64,000 nucleotides of DNA from an uncultured Spirochaetota bacterium (GCA_963734545.1 CAVTHO010000001.1:27943-91942), one strand, 5' to 3'; shown: positions 38,087 to 51,783, counted from the first letter of the stretch. Notes: generated from the sequence alone by a model not told the origin. Numbers and translations are program-made.

Positions 38087-38785
38087 ATGCGAAGAACACT
38101 ATCTGTCCTGATTCTGGTGGGTCTTGCGGTTATTGCGCTGCCAATGACAGCCGCTGCACTGGGGCTGGACGTCGAAGCAAAGGCGGGCGCAGGTATCGGG
38201 CTCGGGGCGACAGACAACCCGGATATCACGGGCGCGGCACGCATAGCAGCGGACGGCGGCGTGAATGTCGATGTCTACCTGTTCGCCCTCGGGTCGGTTG
38301 ATCTCGGGATTTCCGTGGGTGCCGAGTACTCGTATCTCACTTTCCACAGCGTGTGGAGCAACCTGCCCTCACCGCCGTTTCCCGCCCCCGGCATTGATCA
38401 AACCACCGATGCGACCTATGGCTATTTCAACCTGCCCATCTCGCTCGTCTGCAAGGTTCCGGTCAGCGAAGCCGTCCAGGTCGTCATCCGCGGCGGCGGG
38501 TTCATCGGGTATTTCCTCGGCGGCTCGGCGGATCTGGCCTACAGCAGCATCCTGCCGGACAGCACCTCGAAGCTGGACTCCAGCAATACCATCCGGTGGG
38601 AATACGGCCTGCACTTTACCGCGGGCGCCGACATCGCCCTTGGCGGAGGCCTCTCCCTGGCCCCTGCCGTTCAGTTCAACATGGGGCTCACCGACACATC
38701 CAAGAACACCGCGCAGGCCGGCACCTTCAAGGATACCTTCTGGTCGCTCACCGCCATCGTCGGGATCAAGTACAAGGTGCTCTGA
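38087..38785 (+). CDS. Outer-membrane beta-barrel protein
   Basis: Signal peptide, amphipathic strands, YFNLPI, GGGFIGY, C-terminal VGIKYKVL. Confidence 0.75.
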   Translation: MRRTLSVLILVGLAVIALPMTAAALGLDVEAKAGAGIGLGATDNPDITGAARIAADGGVNVDVYLFALGSVDLGISVGAEYSYLTFHSVWSNLPSPPFPAPGIDQTTDATYGYFNLPISLVCKVPVSEAVQVVIRGGGFIGYFLGGSADLAYSSILPDSTSKLDSSNTIRWEYGLHFTAGADIALGGGLSLAPAVQFNMGLTDTSKNTAQAGTFKDTFWSLTAIVGIKYKVL

Positions 38786-38862
38786 CTCTGGATGCCGGGG
38801 AAGTGCACGGAATATCGCGCAGTTCCCCGGCTGATAGAATGCCACGGAATACCGTGGCCGAT

Positions 38863-38891
38863 TTGACAGCTTCACGGAGAAGGCATACGCT
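38863..38891 (+). promoter_or_regulatory. sigma70-type promoter
   Basis: TTGACA, 17 bp, TACGCT. Confidence 0.6.
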
Positions 38892-38949
38892 CTAGGCACT
38901 TCACGCTGTGGCTTCCTGGTGTCGGGCGTATGGCGCAAGGAGGTTCGAT

Positions 38950-39192
38950 ATGCAGAATCTGGAAAAAGTTCAGACCGAAATCCAGAAGGTGATCGGGGAG
39001 GATCCCACCATTCGGGAGGCGAACCGCATCATCGTCACCGTCGAAAAGAGGAGCATCTTCAAAGGCGGCAAGGAGATCGTGGTCCTGAAGGGCAGTGTCC
39101 ACTCGGAGATAGACAAAGCCAAGGTCGAGGCGCTTGCCCGGAAGCATGCCGCGGGCCGCGAGGTGGTGGACGCAATCAACGTCCTGTCCTAG
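38950..39192 (+). CDS. Small single BON-like domain protein
   Basis: IVVLKGSVHSEIDKAKVEALA...VVDAINV; AAGGAGG RBS. Confidence 0.65.
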   Translation: MQNLEKVQTEIQKVIGEDPTIREANRIIVTVEKRSIFKGGKEIVVLKGSVHSEIDKAKVEALARKHAAGREVVDAINVLS

Positions 39193-39578
39193 GACCTGGA
39201 CACGGATTCCCCAAACGGCCCCGGAAACTTTTTCACCGTCTCGTAGACGAACCGCGCTACGGCTGGCTCGATCTGCCCGCTGGCCTTCCAGAATCGCTCC
39301 GCCACCGGATCCCTGCTGAACTCGCCATCCGCGATGATCACCGGCGTCATTTTTGCGTGACCCGGGACTTCACCCGCATCGATGCGGTTGTGCTGGAACC
39401 CGTGTTCCCGGGTCCATGTGAGAGCGCGCTCACGTTCGAGCTTGTCATAGCAGAGCTGGAAACCAATGAGGGCCCTGTCATCCGAGTACCACACAATGAG
39501 GTCGAAATACTCATCGGTGAACCAGCGGCGGAAGCCTTCCCCCTCTATCTGCCGCGGGTTGTGTATCTCAGTGAGCAT
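39189..39578 (-). CDS. Conserved hypothetical protein
   Basis: AAGGAGG RBS; RRWFTDEYFDLIVW, GFQLCYDK, ERALTW. Confidence 0.7.
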   Translation of the reverse strand: MLTEIHNPRQIEGEGFRRWFTDEYFDLIVWYSDDRALIGFQLCYDKLERERALTWTREHGFQHNRIDAGEVPGHAKMTPVIIADGEFSRDPVAERFWKASGQIEPAVARFVYETVKKFPGPFGESVSRS

Positions 39579-39635
39579 TCCTGAGCCTCCTTCTCACTTG
39601 ACTTTCTGCCTTGTCGTTCCTACCTATGCATTATA

Positions 39636-40184
39636 ATGAACGCCGCCGATCACGTCGCCCTCCTCAGGGGGGCGCTGCAGGCGCCTGGAGGCGCATGGGC
39701 TGACCTGGGCTCAGGCTCCGGAGCATTCACCCTCGCGCTGGCGGAGCTGCTCGGCCCCGAGTCCAGAATCTGGTCGGTGGACAGCGACGCGCGCGCTCTC
39801 CGTGCCCAGGAACAAGAGCTGCGAGCGCGTTTTCCGCGCCTGCCCGTGCGGCTCATCCGCGCGGACTTCAATGACAGCCTGGACATCTCCGGGCTGGACG
39901 GAATCGTGATGGCCAACTCCCTGCATTTTCAGAAGGATGCGTGCGCCGTGCTCGTCCATGTTTCCCGATGGCTGAAGCCGGGCGGGAGAGTAGTCGTTGT
40001 CGAGTACGACATCGAAGCGGCCAATCCATGGGTCCCGTATCCGCTGCCGTTTTCCCGGCTTCCCGCGGCGGCTGCCTGCGCCGGCCTGTCGGAACCGCGG
40101 CTCATTGACTCCCGGCCGAGCCGCTATCATCGCAGGGTCTATTCCGCCGTCTGCGAGAAACCGGCGCGCACCGGGGCCCGGTAG
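39636..40184 (+). CDS. Class I SAM-dependent methyltransferase
   Basis: WADLGSGSG, SVDSD, NSLHF, LKPGGR. Confidence 0.85.
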   Translation: MNAADHVALLRGALQAPGGAWADLGSGSGAFTLALAELLGPESRIWSVDSDARALRAQEQELRARFPRLPVRLIRADFNDSLDISGLDGIVMANSLHFQKDACAVLVHVSRWLKPGGRVVVVEYDIEAANPWVPYPLPFSRLPAAAACAGLSEPRLIDSRPSRYHRRVYSAVCEKPARTGAR

Positions 40185-40193
40185 AAGGGTCTC

Positions 40194-41352
40194 TCAGCCG
40201 GTTCGGTCGGACACCGGTATGTAGGGCCGCTCCGACGGGCCCTTGTACAGGCTTTCCGGCCTGTAGATACGGTTGTTGTGCTCCCTCTGCTCCAGGACGT
40301 GCGCGAGCCAGCCAGCCACACGCGCCGTGGCAAAGATGGGGGTGAAGAGAATCTTGGGAATGCCGAGCAGGGTGTAGACGGCACCCGAGAAGAAGTCCAC
40401 GTTCGGATAGAGCGGTTTGCCCTTTTCCTCCATCCGCTCGCGGAATTGCCGCTCCACCTCTTTCAATATCTCGTAGAGACGGCCGTCTCCCTTCTTCTCC
40501 GAAAGCTCCTTGAGGAATTCTTCCATGACGTAGGAGCGCGGGTCCTTCACCTTGTATTCCCGGTGCCCCATGCCGGGGACCTTGCGCTTCTCCGCGATGG
40601 CCTTGTCCATCCAGGCGCCCACGTTTTCCCGGGAGCCGATGGCATCCACCATGTCCATCACCTTCTCGTTGGCCCCGCCGTGGAGAGACCCGTGCAGCGC
40701 TCCCATGGCCGCCGAGATGCTGCAGTAGCAGGTGGAGATGGTGGATGCAACCACGCGCGCCGTGAAGGTGGAGGCGTTGAACTCGTGCTCCGCGTGCAGC
40801 ACGAGGCAGGCGTCCATGATCTTTCCCTCGTACTCCTCGGGCTCTGTCCCCCGGAGCATGTAGAGGAAGCTTGCGCCGTGAGAGAGGTCCAGCCGCGGCT
40901 GCACCAGGTCCTTTCCCTGCCGGGACCGCTGGTAGGCGGCCACCACGCTCGCCACCTGCACGACCTGGTGGAGAGTCTGGCGGCAGTTGCACGTGGTCGA
41001 ATGCTGGATCGTGTGCTCCACGTAGCTGGAGATGTAGGCGACCACGGACTGGAGGAGCTGCATGGGATGCGCGCCCGGGGGGAACGCCTTTATCATCTCC
41101 CCTACCTGCGCGGGGATGTGCCCGGCTGGCTCTCATGCGCGGCCGCCACTCATCCAGCTCCGCGGCAGTCGGGAGCTTTTCATACAGGAGGAGATAGGTG
41201 ACCTCCTCGAAGTCAGAGTTCCTTGCCAGGTCCTCTATGGCGTAGCCGCGGTAGTACAGCTTGCCTTTCTGGCCGTCGATGCGGCACACGGTCGTCTCAT
41301 CCGCGATAATCCCTTCGAGCCCCTTCGAATAGGTCCCGGTTTCCAGGCTCAT
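40194..41352 (-). CDS. gltA: Citrate synthase; frameshift ~41122
   Basis: GLEGI, LYYRGY, HAEHEFNAST, LHGGAN, GMGHREYK, NVDF, IYRP. Confidence 0.9.
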
Positions 41353-41380
41353 GCTGCTCGGCCTCCCTCGTTGCGCACGT

Positions 41381-42561
41381 CTATGCCTCGATGAACAGTC
41401 GCCACGGATCCTCCACGAGCTCTTTCACCCTGCGGAGGAAAGTCACCGCTTCCTTGCCGTCGATAAGGCGATGATCGTAGGTGAGCGCCACGTACATCAT
41501 CGGTCGTATCACCACTTTTTCCCCGTCCGCCGCCTGCTCCGCAACCGGTCTTCTCTGGATGGTGTGCATGCCGAGAATTGCCGACTGGGGATAGTTGAGC
41601 AGGGGAGTGGAGAGGAGCGAGCCGAACACGCCGCCGTTCGTGATGCTGAATGTTCCTCCCGCGAGCTCATCCGGGAGGATCTTCTTGTCGCGCGCCCGGG
41701 CGGCCAGGTCAGCGATGGCGGTTTCCAGCCCGGCAAGACCGAGCTTGTCCGCACTTCGGATGACGGGCACCAGGAGCCCCCTGTCCGTGGAGACAGCCAC
41801 GCCGAGATCGAAGGTCTCGCTGTAGACGATCTCGTCTCCCTCGATGCGCGCGTTCACGATCAGGCATCTCCGCCAGGGCCATGCAGCACGCCTTGACGAA
41901 GAAGGACATGAAGCCCAGCTTCACCCCGTGCGCGCGCTCGAACTCATCCTTATACCGTGCGCGCAGGTCGGTGATCTTCTGCATGTTCACTTCGTTGAAC
42001 GTGGTGAGGGATGCGGTTGCGTGCTGCGCTTCCACCAGCCGCGCCGCAATGCGCTTGCGCAGCGTGGTCATGTGCACCCGGCGGCTCGCCGTTGGCCAGC
42101 GTGACGTGCGGCGCCGTATCCGCAGGCCTCGGCGCAGGCGCGGGTTGCGCCACGGCGGGCCGCGGCGCCGAATCCACGGGGTACCGTGGCGCGGGGGCCG
42201 GCCCCTCAACGCGGGTCGCGGTCGGTGCGGGCGTGGTCGGCGCGGGCGCGGCAGCCGCGTTCTGCGCCGCGCTCTTCGCGGTCGAGCTCTTTGCAGTCGA
42301 GCGGGACGCCGCGGCTGCGGCGGCCTTCTCCACGTCCACTGCCCCGACGACCTGTCCGATCGTCACCTCCGTGCCTGCCGCGACGGAAATCGAAAGCGAG
42401 CCGGTGGCGGGAGCGGGCACGGTCACGGTCGCCTTGTCGGTTTCCAGCTCGAAAAGGTCGCTCCCTTCCTCCACATGATCCCCTTCGGCCTTCAGCCAGG
42501 AGGCGAGGATCCCCTGCGTGACTGATTCGCCCACGGAAGGCACCTTGATGTCCAGCTTCAC
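41381..42561 (-). CDS. sucB: 2-oxoglutarate dehydrogenase E2; frameshifts ~42083 and ~41862
   Basis: Lipoyl [33 protein letters not shown]. Confidence 0.9.
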
Positions 42562-42564
42562 GTC

Positions 42565-45358
42565 CTATTCCTCACTTTCCCTGGCTTTCGCGCGGCGTTC
42601 CCCAATGGCCGCGTGGACAACCTGAAGCTGCTCCCGGAGGTGCCGCGAGTGGGACCCCGTGGCCGGGCTGGCGCTTCCGGGCCGGCCGATGTAAGTGAGG
42701 GTCACATCCGGGAACTCCTCGGAGAACCTGTCCTTGACGAAGAGCCAGGCCCCGCGATTCCGCGGCTCCTCCTGTACCCACACGACTTCCGAGCCGGCCT
42801 TGTATTCCTGCAGCACGGCGGCCAGCTTTGCCTTAGGGAACGGGTACAACTGCTCGACACGAACGATCGCCGTGGACAGGTCCTTGCGCTCTTCCCGGGC
42901 GGCAAGCAGATCGTAGAATATCTTGCCCGAGCAGAGCGCCAGCCGCTTCGCCTTCTTCGGCTTCAGGGGATCGTCGAGGACTTCCTGGAAATCGCCTTCC
43001 GACAGCTCGCTGAGGTGTGAGACGGCGCGCGCGTTTCGGAGGAGGCTCTTGGGTGTCATGACGATCAGCGGCTTGCGGAAGCTGCGCTTCACCTGGCGCC
43101 TGAGGAGATGGAAGTATTGCGCCGGGGTCGTGCAGTTGCACACCTGGATATTGTCTCGCGCGCAGAGCATGAGGAATCTCTCCATGTGCGCGCTGGAGTG
43201 CTCGGGCCCCTGTCCTTCGAAGCCGTGAGGGAGAAGGAGAACGATGCCGCTCACCGTTCCCCACTTCGCCTCTCCGCCCGCCACGTAATTGTCTATGATG
43301 ACCTGGCCGCCATTGGAGAAGTCTCCGAACTGCGCTTCCCAGATTGCCAGCGCGCGCGGGCGGCCGAGGGTGAAGCCGTATTCGAAACCGAGCACCGAGT
43401 ATTCGGACAGCGGGCTGTCGTAGACCGAGAACTGGACCTGGTCCGGAGCCAGGTTGGCCAGCGGGGTGTACGGCTGCGGCAGGAGAGACTCCGCGTCCCA
43501 CCACACCAGGTGACGCTGGGAAAAGGTTCCCCTGGCCGTGTCCTGCCCGCTCAGGCGCATAGGCACGCCTTCCAGAATGAGCGAGCCGAAGGCAAGGGAT
43601 TCCGCGAACGCCCAATCCAGCGTGCCGTCCTTTGCCAGGCGCGCGCTCTTCTCCTCAAGGATCCTCCTGAGCTTGGGGTGCATGTGAAAGTCCGGGCGGC
43701 ACCGTGGTGAGCTTGCCGACGAGCATGCGGAGCATGTCCTCCGATGGCCCGGGGATCCTCTCATCCCAGCTCCAGGCGTTCGACGGTCCGGCAGGCTTTG
43801 CCGCGGGGGAAGCGGGTGCTCGTGCCGCCTGCAGCGCTTCTTTCAGCGAGACGCGGAAATCCTTGCGAAGGCTCTGCTCCTGCTCCGTCGTGATGAGCCC
43901 GGCCTCCATACAGCGCTCCGCGTACATGACGGGCTGGCTCTTCTTCTTCTCGATGATCCTGTACATGAGGGGATGCGTGAAGGACGGATCGTCTCCCTCG
44001 TTGTGGCCGTACTTGCGGTAGCAGAATATATCCACCACCACGTCCCGGCCGAAGGTCTGGCGGAACCGGAGCGCAAGCTCGATGGTGTAGATCACCGCGT
44101 CAGGGTCGTCTCCGTTCACATGGAAGACAGGCACCGGCAGCATCTTGGCAACGTCCGTGGGAAAGAACGTGGAGCGCGCGTCCCGTGACGAGGTGGTGAA
44201 TCCGATCTGGTTGTTGATCACGATGTGAAGGGTGCCGCCGGTCTTGTAGCCCTTGAGCGTGGCAAGGTTGAAGGTCTCCGCAACCACGCCCTGTCCCGAG
44301 AATGCCGCATCCCCGTGCAGCACGATGGGCACCACTCTCCTGCGGTCATCGTCTCCCAGCTCCCTCTGGACCGCGCGCGCCATGCCCTGCACCACGGGGC
44401 CCACGGATTCGAGATGGCTGGGGTTGGCCACCAGGCTCACCTTGACCGTGCGGCCGTCCGGGGTCTCGTGGTCCATCTGGTAGCCCAGGTGGTAGCGGAC
44501 GTCTCCGCTGCCTCCGTAGTCATCGGGGTCCTCGTAGCCCTCGAACTCGGCGAACACGTCTTCAAGGGGCTTTCCGAGGATTCGGTTGAGCACGGTCAAC
44601 CTGCCCCTGTGCGTCATGCCCAGGATCAGCTCGCTGATTCCCATTGCGGGCGCGCTGTCCACCACGTGGTGCAGGGCGGGTATGACCACCTCCGCTCCCT
44701 CCAGGGAGAAGCGCTTCTGCCCGATGAAGGCCGTATGCATGAAGTGCTCGAACTCCTCCGCGCGCGTCAGGTCCTCGAGGATGAGCAGTTTCTTTTCGTT
44801 GTCAAACACGGGCCGGTTGCGGGTGGACTCCATCTGCTGGATCAGCCACTTGCGCATTGGCTTGTTCTGGATGTGCAGGAACTCCACCGCAACGGTGGAG
44901 CAGTAGGTCTGGCGGAGAGCGCGGATTATTTCAGACAGCTTCATCCTGGACGGGGTCATGACGCGCCCCGCGGAGAACTCCTTGTCCAGGTCCTCCTCCG
45001 TGAGCCCGAACTCCGCCAGGGTGAGCTGTTCGTAGTTGTGCGCGGGCTCCGTGTAGTAGTTCTGCTGCTCCCCCTGCGCGGGGGCCAGGGGGTTCAGATG
45101 CGCGTAGAGATAGCCGACGTCCCGGTAGCTCCAGATGAGGCTGTCCACCCGGCTCTGCTTGTACACCATGTCGGAGGAGACCAGGGGCGGCGCACCGGCG
45201 CCTTCGATGCTCTCCTGGAGCACCTGGGTGCTCTCCTCCTCCCGGAAAACCTCGTCCCACCTGTTGTCCACGGAGCGCGAGTCACGTTCCCACGCCTCGT
45301 GCAGCTCTTCCAGCCATGGAAGATTGACTGCGGAGAGCGCCGAACCGTCCTTGCTCAT
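42565..45358 (-). CDS. sucA: 2-oxoglutarate dehydrogenase E1; frameshift ~43695
   Basis: KRFSLEG, HRGRL, NPSHLE, HGDAAFSGQG, RGTFSQRH, GPEHSSA. Confidence 0.93.
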
Positions 45359-46248
45359 TACTTCGATCCTCCCACCTTGCGCTTCAACCTTGCCGCTATC
45401 AGCCCGGGAATCTCATCCGGCCTTTCCGCCACGGGCACGTTCGCCGCTCGCAGCGCCTTGACCTTGGCGTCCGCGGTTCCCCTGCCGCCGGAGACGATTG
45501 CGCCGGCATGACCCATACGCTTTTCCGGCGGAGCGGTAAGGCCGGAAATGAACGCCGCGACCGGCTTGCGCATGCTGCCGTGTATGTATTCCGCGGCTTT
45601 CTCTTCGTCCTCGCCGCCTATCTCTCCAATCAGGACCACCCCCGCCGTGCCGGGGTCTTCCTCGAAGAGCTTCAGGAGCTCGACAAAACCCGTGCCGATC
45701 ACCGGGTCTCCCCCCACGCCGATGCAGGTGGATTGTCCCAGCCCGGCGCGCGTGAGCGCCCACACCACCTCGTAGGTAAGGGTCCCGCTGCGCGAGATCA
45801 CGCCGATGTCCCCCTGCTTGTGAATCCGGCCCGGCATGATTCCCGCCTTGCTCTCCCCCGGCGTAATGAGCCCGGGGCAGTTGGGGCCGATGAGTCGGCA
45901 GCCGTGCGCGGCGAGAGAGTGGGTGTTCTCGATCATCTCGAGCACAGGAATCCCTTCCGTGATGCAGATCACCAGGGGGATGCGCGCGTCCGCCGCTTCG
46001 TGCAGCGCGGCGCTTGCGAAACGTGCCGGCACAAAGATCACCGTGCAGTCCGCCCCTGTCTTCTCCACGGCCTGCGCCACCGTGTCGAACACAGGGATGC
46101 CCTGCACGTCCTGGCCGCCCTTGCCGGGGGTGACGCCGCCCACCACCTGGGATCCGTACTCCCGCATGGAAAGCGCGTGGAAGGAACCGTCCCTCCCGGT
46201 AATCCCCTGTACAATGATACGTGAGTCTTTGCCGAGAAGGATGCTCAT
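45358..46248 (-). CDS. sucD: Succinyl-CoA synthetase alpha subunit
   Basis: [28 protein letters not shown]. Confidence 0.96.
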   Translation of the reverse strand: MSILLGKDSRIIVQGITGRDGSFHALSMREYGSQVVGGVTPGKGGQDVQGIPVFDTVAQAVEKTGADCTVIFVPARFASAALHEAADARIPLVICITEGIPVLEMIENTHSLAAHGCRLIGPNCPGLITPGESKAGIMPGRIHKQGDIGVISRSGTLTYEVVWALTRAGLGQSTCIGVGGDPVIGTGFVELLKLFEEDPGTAGVVLIGEIGGEDEEKAAEYIHGSMRKPVAAFISGLTAPPEKRMGHAGAIVSGGRGTADAKVKALRAANVPVAERPDEIPGLIAARLKRKVGGSK

Positions 46249-47387
46249 TTCGATGCCTTTCCCGCGCGCGCCACGACCGCCTTGACCGCCTCGGTCAGGT
46301 CGTCGTAGGCCTCGATACCGGCTGCCGAGAGTATCTGCCGGCCCTCTGCCTCGTTCGTCCCGATCAGCCGGATCACGAGCGGAACCGGGATGCCGAGCTT
46401 CTCCCGCGCCATCAGGATCCCCCGCGCAATGTCGTCACACCGTGTGATGCCGCCGAATATGTTGATGAGGACCGCGCGGATGTGATCCTTGCGGAGTATG
46501 ATCCGAAGCGCGCTCAGCACCTTTTCAGGGTTGGAGCTTCCGCCCACGTCCAGGAAATTGGCCGGGCTCGCGCCGAAGTACTTGATCAGGTCCATGGTGG
46601 CCATGGAAAGACCGGCGCCGTTGACGATGCAGCCGATGGTGCCGTCGAGGCTGACGTAGGAAAGCCCGTTGGCCCGCGCTTCCAGCTCATCCGCCCCATA
46701 TTCCTCGGGGCTTCGAAGCGCCTCCAGCTCGGGGTGCTTGTACAAGGCGCTGTCATCGAATATCACCTTGGCGTCCGCTGCAACCAGCCGGCCTCCGGGC
46801 ACCAGCGCGCAGGGATTGATCTCCACCAGCGAACAGTCTTTTGCGCTGAAAAGCTTCCACATTCCGTCCACGATGGTCCACGCCTGGGCCGCGAGGTCCG
46901 GCGAGGGAAACGCGCGTGACAGGGCGCTGAAGTGCTTCTCGCGGACGAGCCCCGCCTCCGGATCGAGGGGGAACCTCACGATTTTTTCCGGCTCCTTCAC
47001 CGCGACTTCCTCTATCTCCATGCCCCCCGAGGCGCTGGCGATGCACTGCACCGCCCGGGCCGACCTGTCCACCGTGAGGCTGACATAGAACTCGGACTGG
47101 ATGTCCACTGCCCGGGCCACCAGCACGCGCTGCACTTCGATGCCCTTGATCTTCATTCCGATGATGTCTCGCGCCAGGGACATGGCCTCCTCGGGGCTGT
47201 TCGCCATCTTCACGCCGCCGGCTTTGCCCCGTCCGCCCACCAGCACCTGGGCCTTGATCATCACGGGACAACCTGTCCTCCTGGCGATTTTCTGCGCCTC
47301 CTCCGGCGTGGCCGCTACCTCCCCCTCCGGCACCGGGATTCCGAACTCACGAAGAAATGTCTTGGCCTGGTACTCGTGAAGCTTCAT
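46245..47387 (-). CDS. sucC: Succinyl-CoA synthetase beta subunit
   Basis: [33 protein letters not shown]. Confidence 0.96.
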   Translation of the reverse strand: MKLHEYQAKTFLREFGIPVPEGEVAATPEEAQKIARRTGCPVMIKAQVLVGGRGKAGGVKMANSPEEAMSLARDIIGMKIKGIEVQRVLVARAVDIQSEFYVSLTVDRSARAVQCIASASGGMEIEEVAVKEPEKIVRFPLDPEAGLVREKHFSALSRAFPSPDLAAQAWTIVDGMWKLFSAKDCSLVEINPCALVPGGRLVAADAKVIFDDSALYKHPELEALRSPEEYGADELEARANGLSYVSLDGTIGCIVNGAGLSMATMDLIKYFGASPANFLDVGGSSNPEKVLSALRIILRKDHIRAVLINIFGGITRCDDIARGILMAREKLGIPVPLVIRLIGTNEAEGRQILSAAGIEAYDDLTEAVKAVVARAGKASK

Positions 47388-48107
47388 ACGCGGGCTTCCT
47401 TGCTCCTTGTGATCGTCCGCTTGATCGCGTTGATGTTCTTCGTCACCTTGATCTCCCGCGGGCAGACCCGCGTGCAGTTGAAATGATTCTCACAGCCCCA
47501 TGCGCCGTCCCGGGGCTCGTCCAGGACAGGCAGCCTGTCAGCCAGACCCTTGTCCCGGCTGTCGAACAGGAACCGCGCAGCCTGCACGAGCGCGGCCGGG
47601 CCGATGTAGCGCGGAATGGCTCGCCAGTATCGGGCACGAGGAATAACAGGACCCGCAGAGGATGCACGCGGTGGTATCGTCGAAGGCAGCGCGCTCGGAC
47701 GCGCTCTGGATCCTCTCCTTCTCGGGCACCGGCTCATCGTTGATGAGGAAAGGCTTGACCGCACGGTACTTTTCGAAGAACTCGGCCTGGTCCACCATGA
47801 GGTCTTTCTGCACGGGCATGTACTTCAGAGGGGCGATGGTGACGACGGCATTCTCTTTCTGCGCCACGTCCCGCACGAGCGTCTTGCACGCCAGGCGTTC
47901 CACGCCGTTGATGATCATGGCATCCGAGCCGCACACGCCGTGCGCGCAGCTCTTGCGGAAAGACAGGCTGCCGTCCTGTTCGTTCTGCACCTTCATGAGA
48001 GCGTCCAGGATCCGGTCGGTCGGCTCGACCTCCACGGGATAGTCCTTGTCGTGCGGTCTCTTGTCCTTCTCCGGGTTGAATCGCTTTATGCGAAGCACGA
48101 TTTTCAT
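47384..48107 (-). CDS. sdhB: Succinate dehydrogenase/fumarate reductase Fe-S subunit; frameshift ~47620
   Basis: SCAHGVCGSD, CILCGSCYSSCP, CENHFNCTRVCP. Confidence 0.9.
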
Positions 48108-48125
48108 TTCAGACTCCTCTCCTCG

Positions 48126-49863
<1,738 letters not shown>

Positions 49864-49875
49864 TCCGGTTCCTCC

Positions 49876-50799
49876 CTAAATGCCTTCCAGGTCCGCGAGG
49901 CCCTTGCGGACCGACTCCGCGGATGCCTCCAGAGCTCTTCTTTCTATTTCGCTGAGGGGGAGCTCGACGATCCGCTCCACGCCGTTCCTGCCCATGATCA
50001 CCGGCACCCCGAGGTAGATGTCCTTCAAGCCGTACTCCCCCCGCAGGAACGCGGAAGCGGGGACCAGGCGCTTCTCGTCCTTGATCACGGCCTCCACCAT
50101 CTTTGCCACGGATGCGCCCGGCGCATAGAAGGCGCTCCCCGTCTTCAGGAGAGAAACGATCTCCGCGCCGCCGGTGCGCGTGCGCTTCACCAGCTCCTCG
50201 ATGCTCGCCGGGTCCAGGAGCTCGCCGATGGGAATGCCTCCCACCGAGGTGTAGCTCGTCAGGGGCACCATGTCGTCCCCATGTCCCCCCAGGACCATTG
50301 CCTGCACGTCCCCCGGCCACACGCCGAGCCGCTCCGCAATGAAGTACCTGAAGCGCGTGGAGTCCAGGACGCCGGCCATTCCCACCACCTTGCGAAGGGC
50401 GAACCCCGTCTCCCGGAGGGCGACCATGGCGATCACGTCCAGCGGATTGGTGACCACGATGACCACCGCGTTCGGGGCGCGGCGGGCGATCTCCGCCGCC
50501 GCCTTCCGGGCGATTCCCACGTTGATCTTCAGCAGGTCCATCCGGTCCATGCCGGGCTTGCGGGCGATGCCGGCCGTGATCACCACCACGTCGCTTCCCT
50601 CGATCTCCGCGAAATCGGTTGTCCCGCGGATCCGCACCTCGTAACCCCGCAGGGGCGCGGCGTGCAGGAAGTCCAGCGCTTTCGAGCGCGCCAGGCCGTC
50701 CACCACGTCCACCATGACGATGTCCGCCAGGTTCTTCTCCGCGATGTAGTAGACCGCCTTTGCGCCGACGTTGCCGGCGCCGATTACCGCGACTTTCAT
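49876..50799 (-). CDS. mdh: Malate dehydrogenase (LDH-like), canonical
   Basis: GAGNVG, GIARKPGMDR, VTNPLD, LDSTR, GGHGD, GSAFYAP. Confidence 0.93.
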   Translation of the reverse strand: MKVAVIGAGNVGAKAVYYIAEKNLADIVMVDVVDGLARSKALDFLHAAPLRGYEVRIRGTTDFAEIEGSDVVVITAGIARKPGMDRMDLLKINVGIARKAAAEIARRAPNAVVIVVTNPLDVIAMVALRETGFALRKVVGMAGVLDSTRFRYFIAERLGVWPGDVQAMVLGGHGDDMVPLTSYTSVGGIPIGELLDPASIEELVKRTRTGGAEIVSLLKTGSAFYAPGASVAKMVEAVIKDEKRLVPASAFLRGEYGLKDIYLGVPVIMGRNGVERIVELPLSEIERRALEASAESVRKGLADLEGI

Positions 50800-51718
50800 G
50801 CCGCGCCCCCCTTGACCGCCGCGGCCACTTTCCGGCGGATTCCAGGAAGACGGCCTTTTCCTTTGCCGAGAGCTCGGGGACGAGCACGCGCACGACCCCC
50901 TTCTCACCGATCACGGCCGGGAGGCTCAGTGCCGCATCGTTCACGCCGTATTCGCCCTGGAGCTGCACGGAGACGGGGAATATCCTGTTCAGGTTCATGT
51001 GCACCGAATCGGCCAGCTCGGCCACGGCCGCCGAAGGCGCATAGTAGGAGCTGGACCGCTTGGCCATCTCCACGACAAGGTCTCCGGCCGTGCGGGTTTC
51101 CTCTATAATAGAGGCAATTCTCTCCGCGGAGAGAAGCAGGGGGAGGGGGACACCGGAAACGCTGCTGTACCGCGGCAGACAAATCATGTCGTCCGAGTGC
51201 CTGCCGACTACCATCGCGGAGACGATCTCGGTGGACACGTTCAGCTCGCGGGCAATGAGGACGCGGAATCTCGTGGAGTCCAGTATCCCGCCGAGACCCA
51301 CCACGCGCGTGCGCGGCATGCCCGACTTCTGCACGAACAGGCTGGTCAGGGAATCCACCGGCTCGGTGGCAATGACCACGGTGGCGTCCGGCGCCAGCCG
51401 GGCGATCTGCGGTGCCAGGCTGCGGATCAGGCCGGCGTTGGCGGTGAACAGGTCTTCCCGGCGCATGCCCGGGGCGCGGATTGCTCCTGCTGCCACCACC
51501 ACGAGCTGCGATCCCTTTATGTCCTCGATGGAGTCCGTGCCGGCAAGCATGTTGCGGTACCGGCGGATGGGGGCGGCTTCCATGATGTCGAGCATTTTGC
51601 CCCGTGCGAGCCCGGGCTGAATATCGACGAGCAGAACGTCGGTGACGCCCTTTTCCGCAATGAAAAAGCCGGCATTCGCCCCGACGTTGCCGCCCCCGAT
51701 GATGCTCACACGCGACAT
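50796..51718 (-). CDS. Second, divergent malate dehydrogenase-like protein; stop restored by one extra A at ~50830
   Basis: GGGNVG, GAIRAPGMRR, ATEPVD, LDSTR, GRHSD; a +1 correction gives KVAAAVKGGAA* overlapping the mdh ATG. Confidence 0.8.
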
Positions 51719-51774
51719 GTCGTCCACCTTTCCGCGCGCAAAAGGCCGCGATGTGTCATATGGTGCTCGTTTAT

Positions 51775-51783
51775 AGTATACAC
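51775..51783 (-). promoter_or_regulatory. Candidate -10 element for the TCA operon
   Basis: Minus strand TGTGTATACT; -35 weak. Confidence 0.45.
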
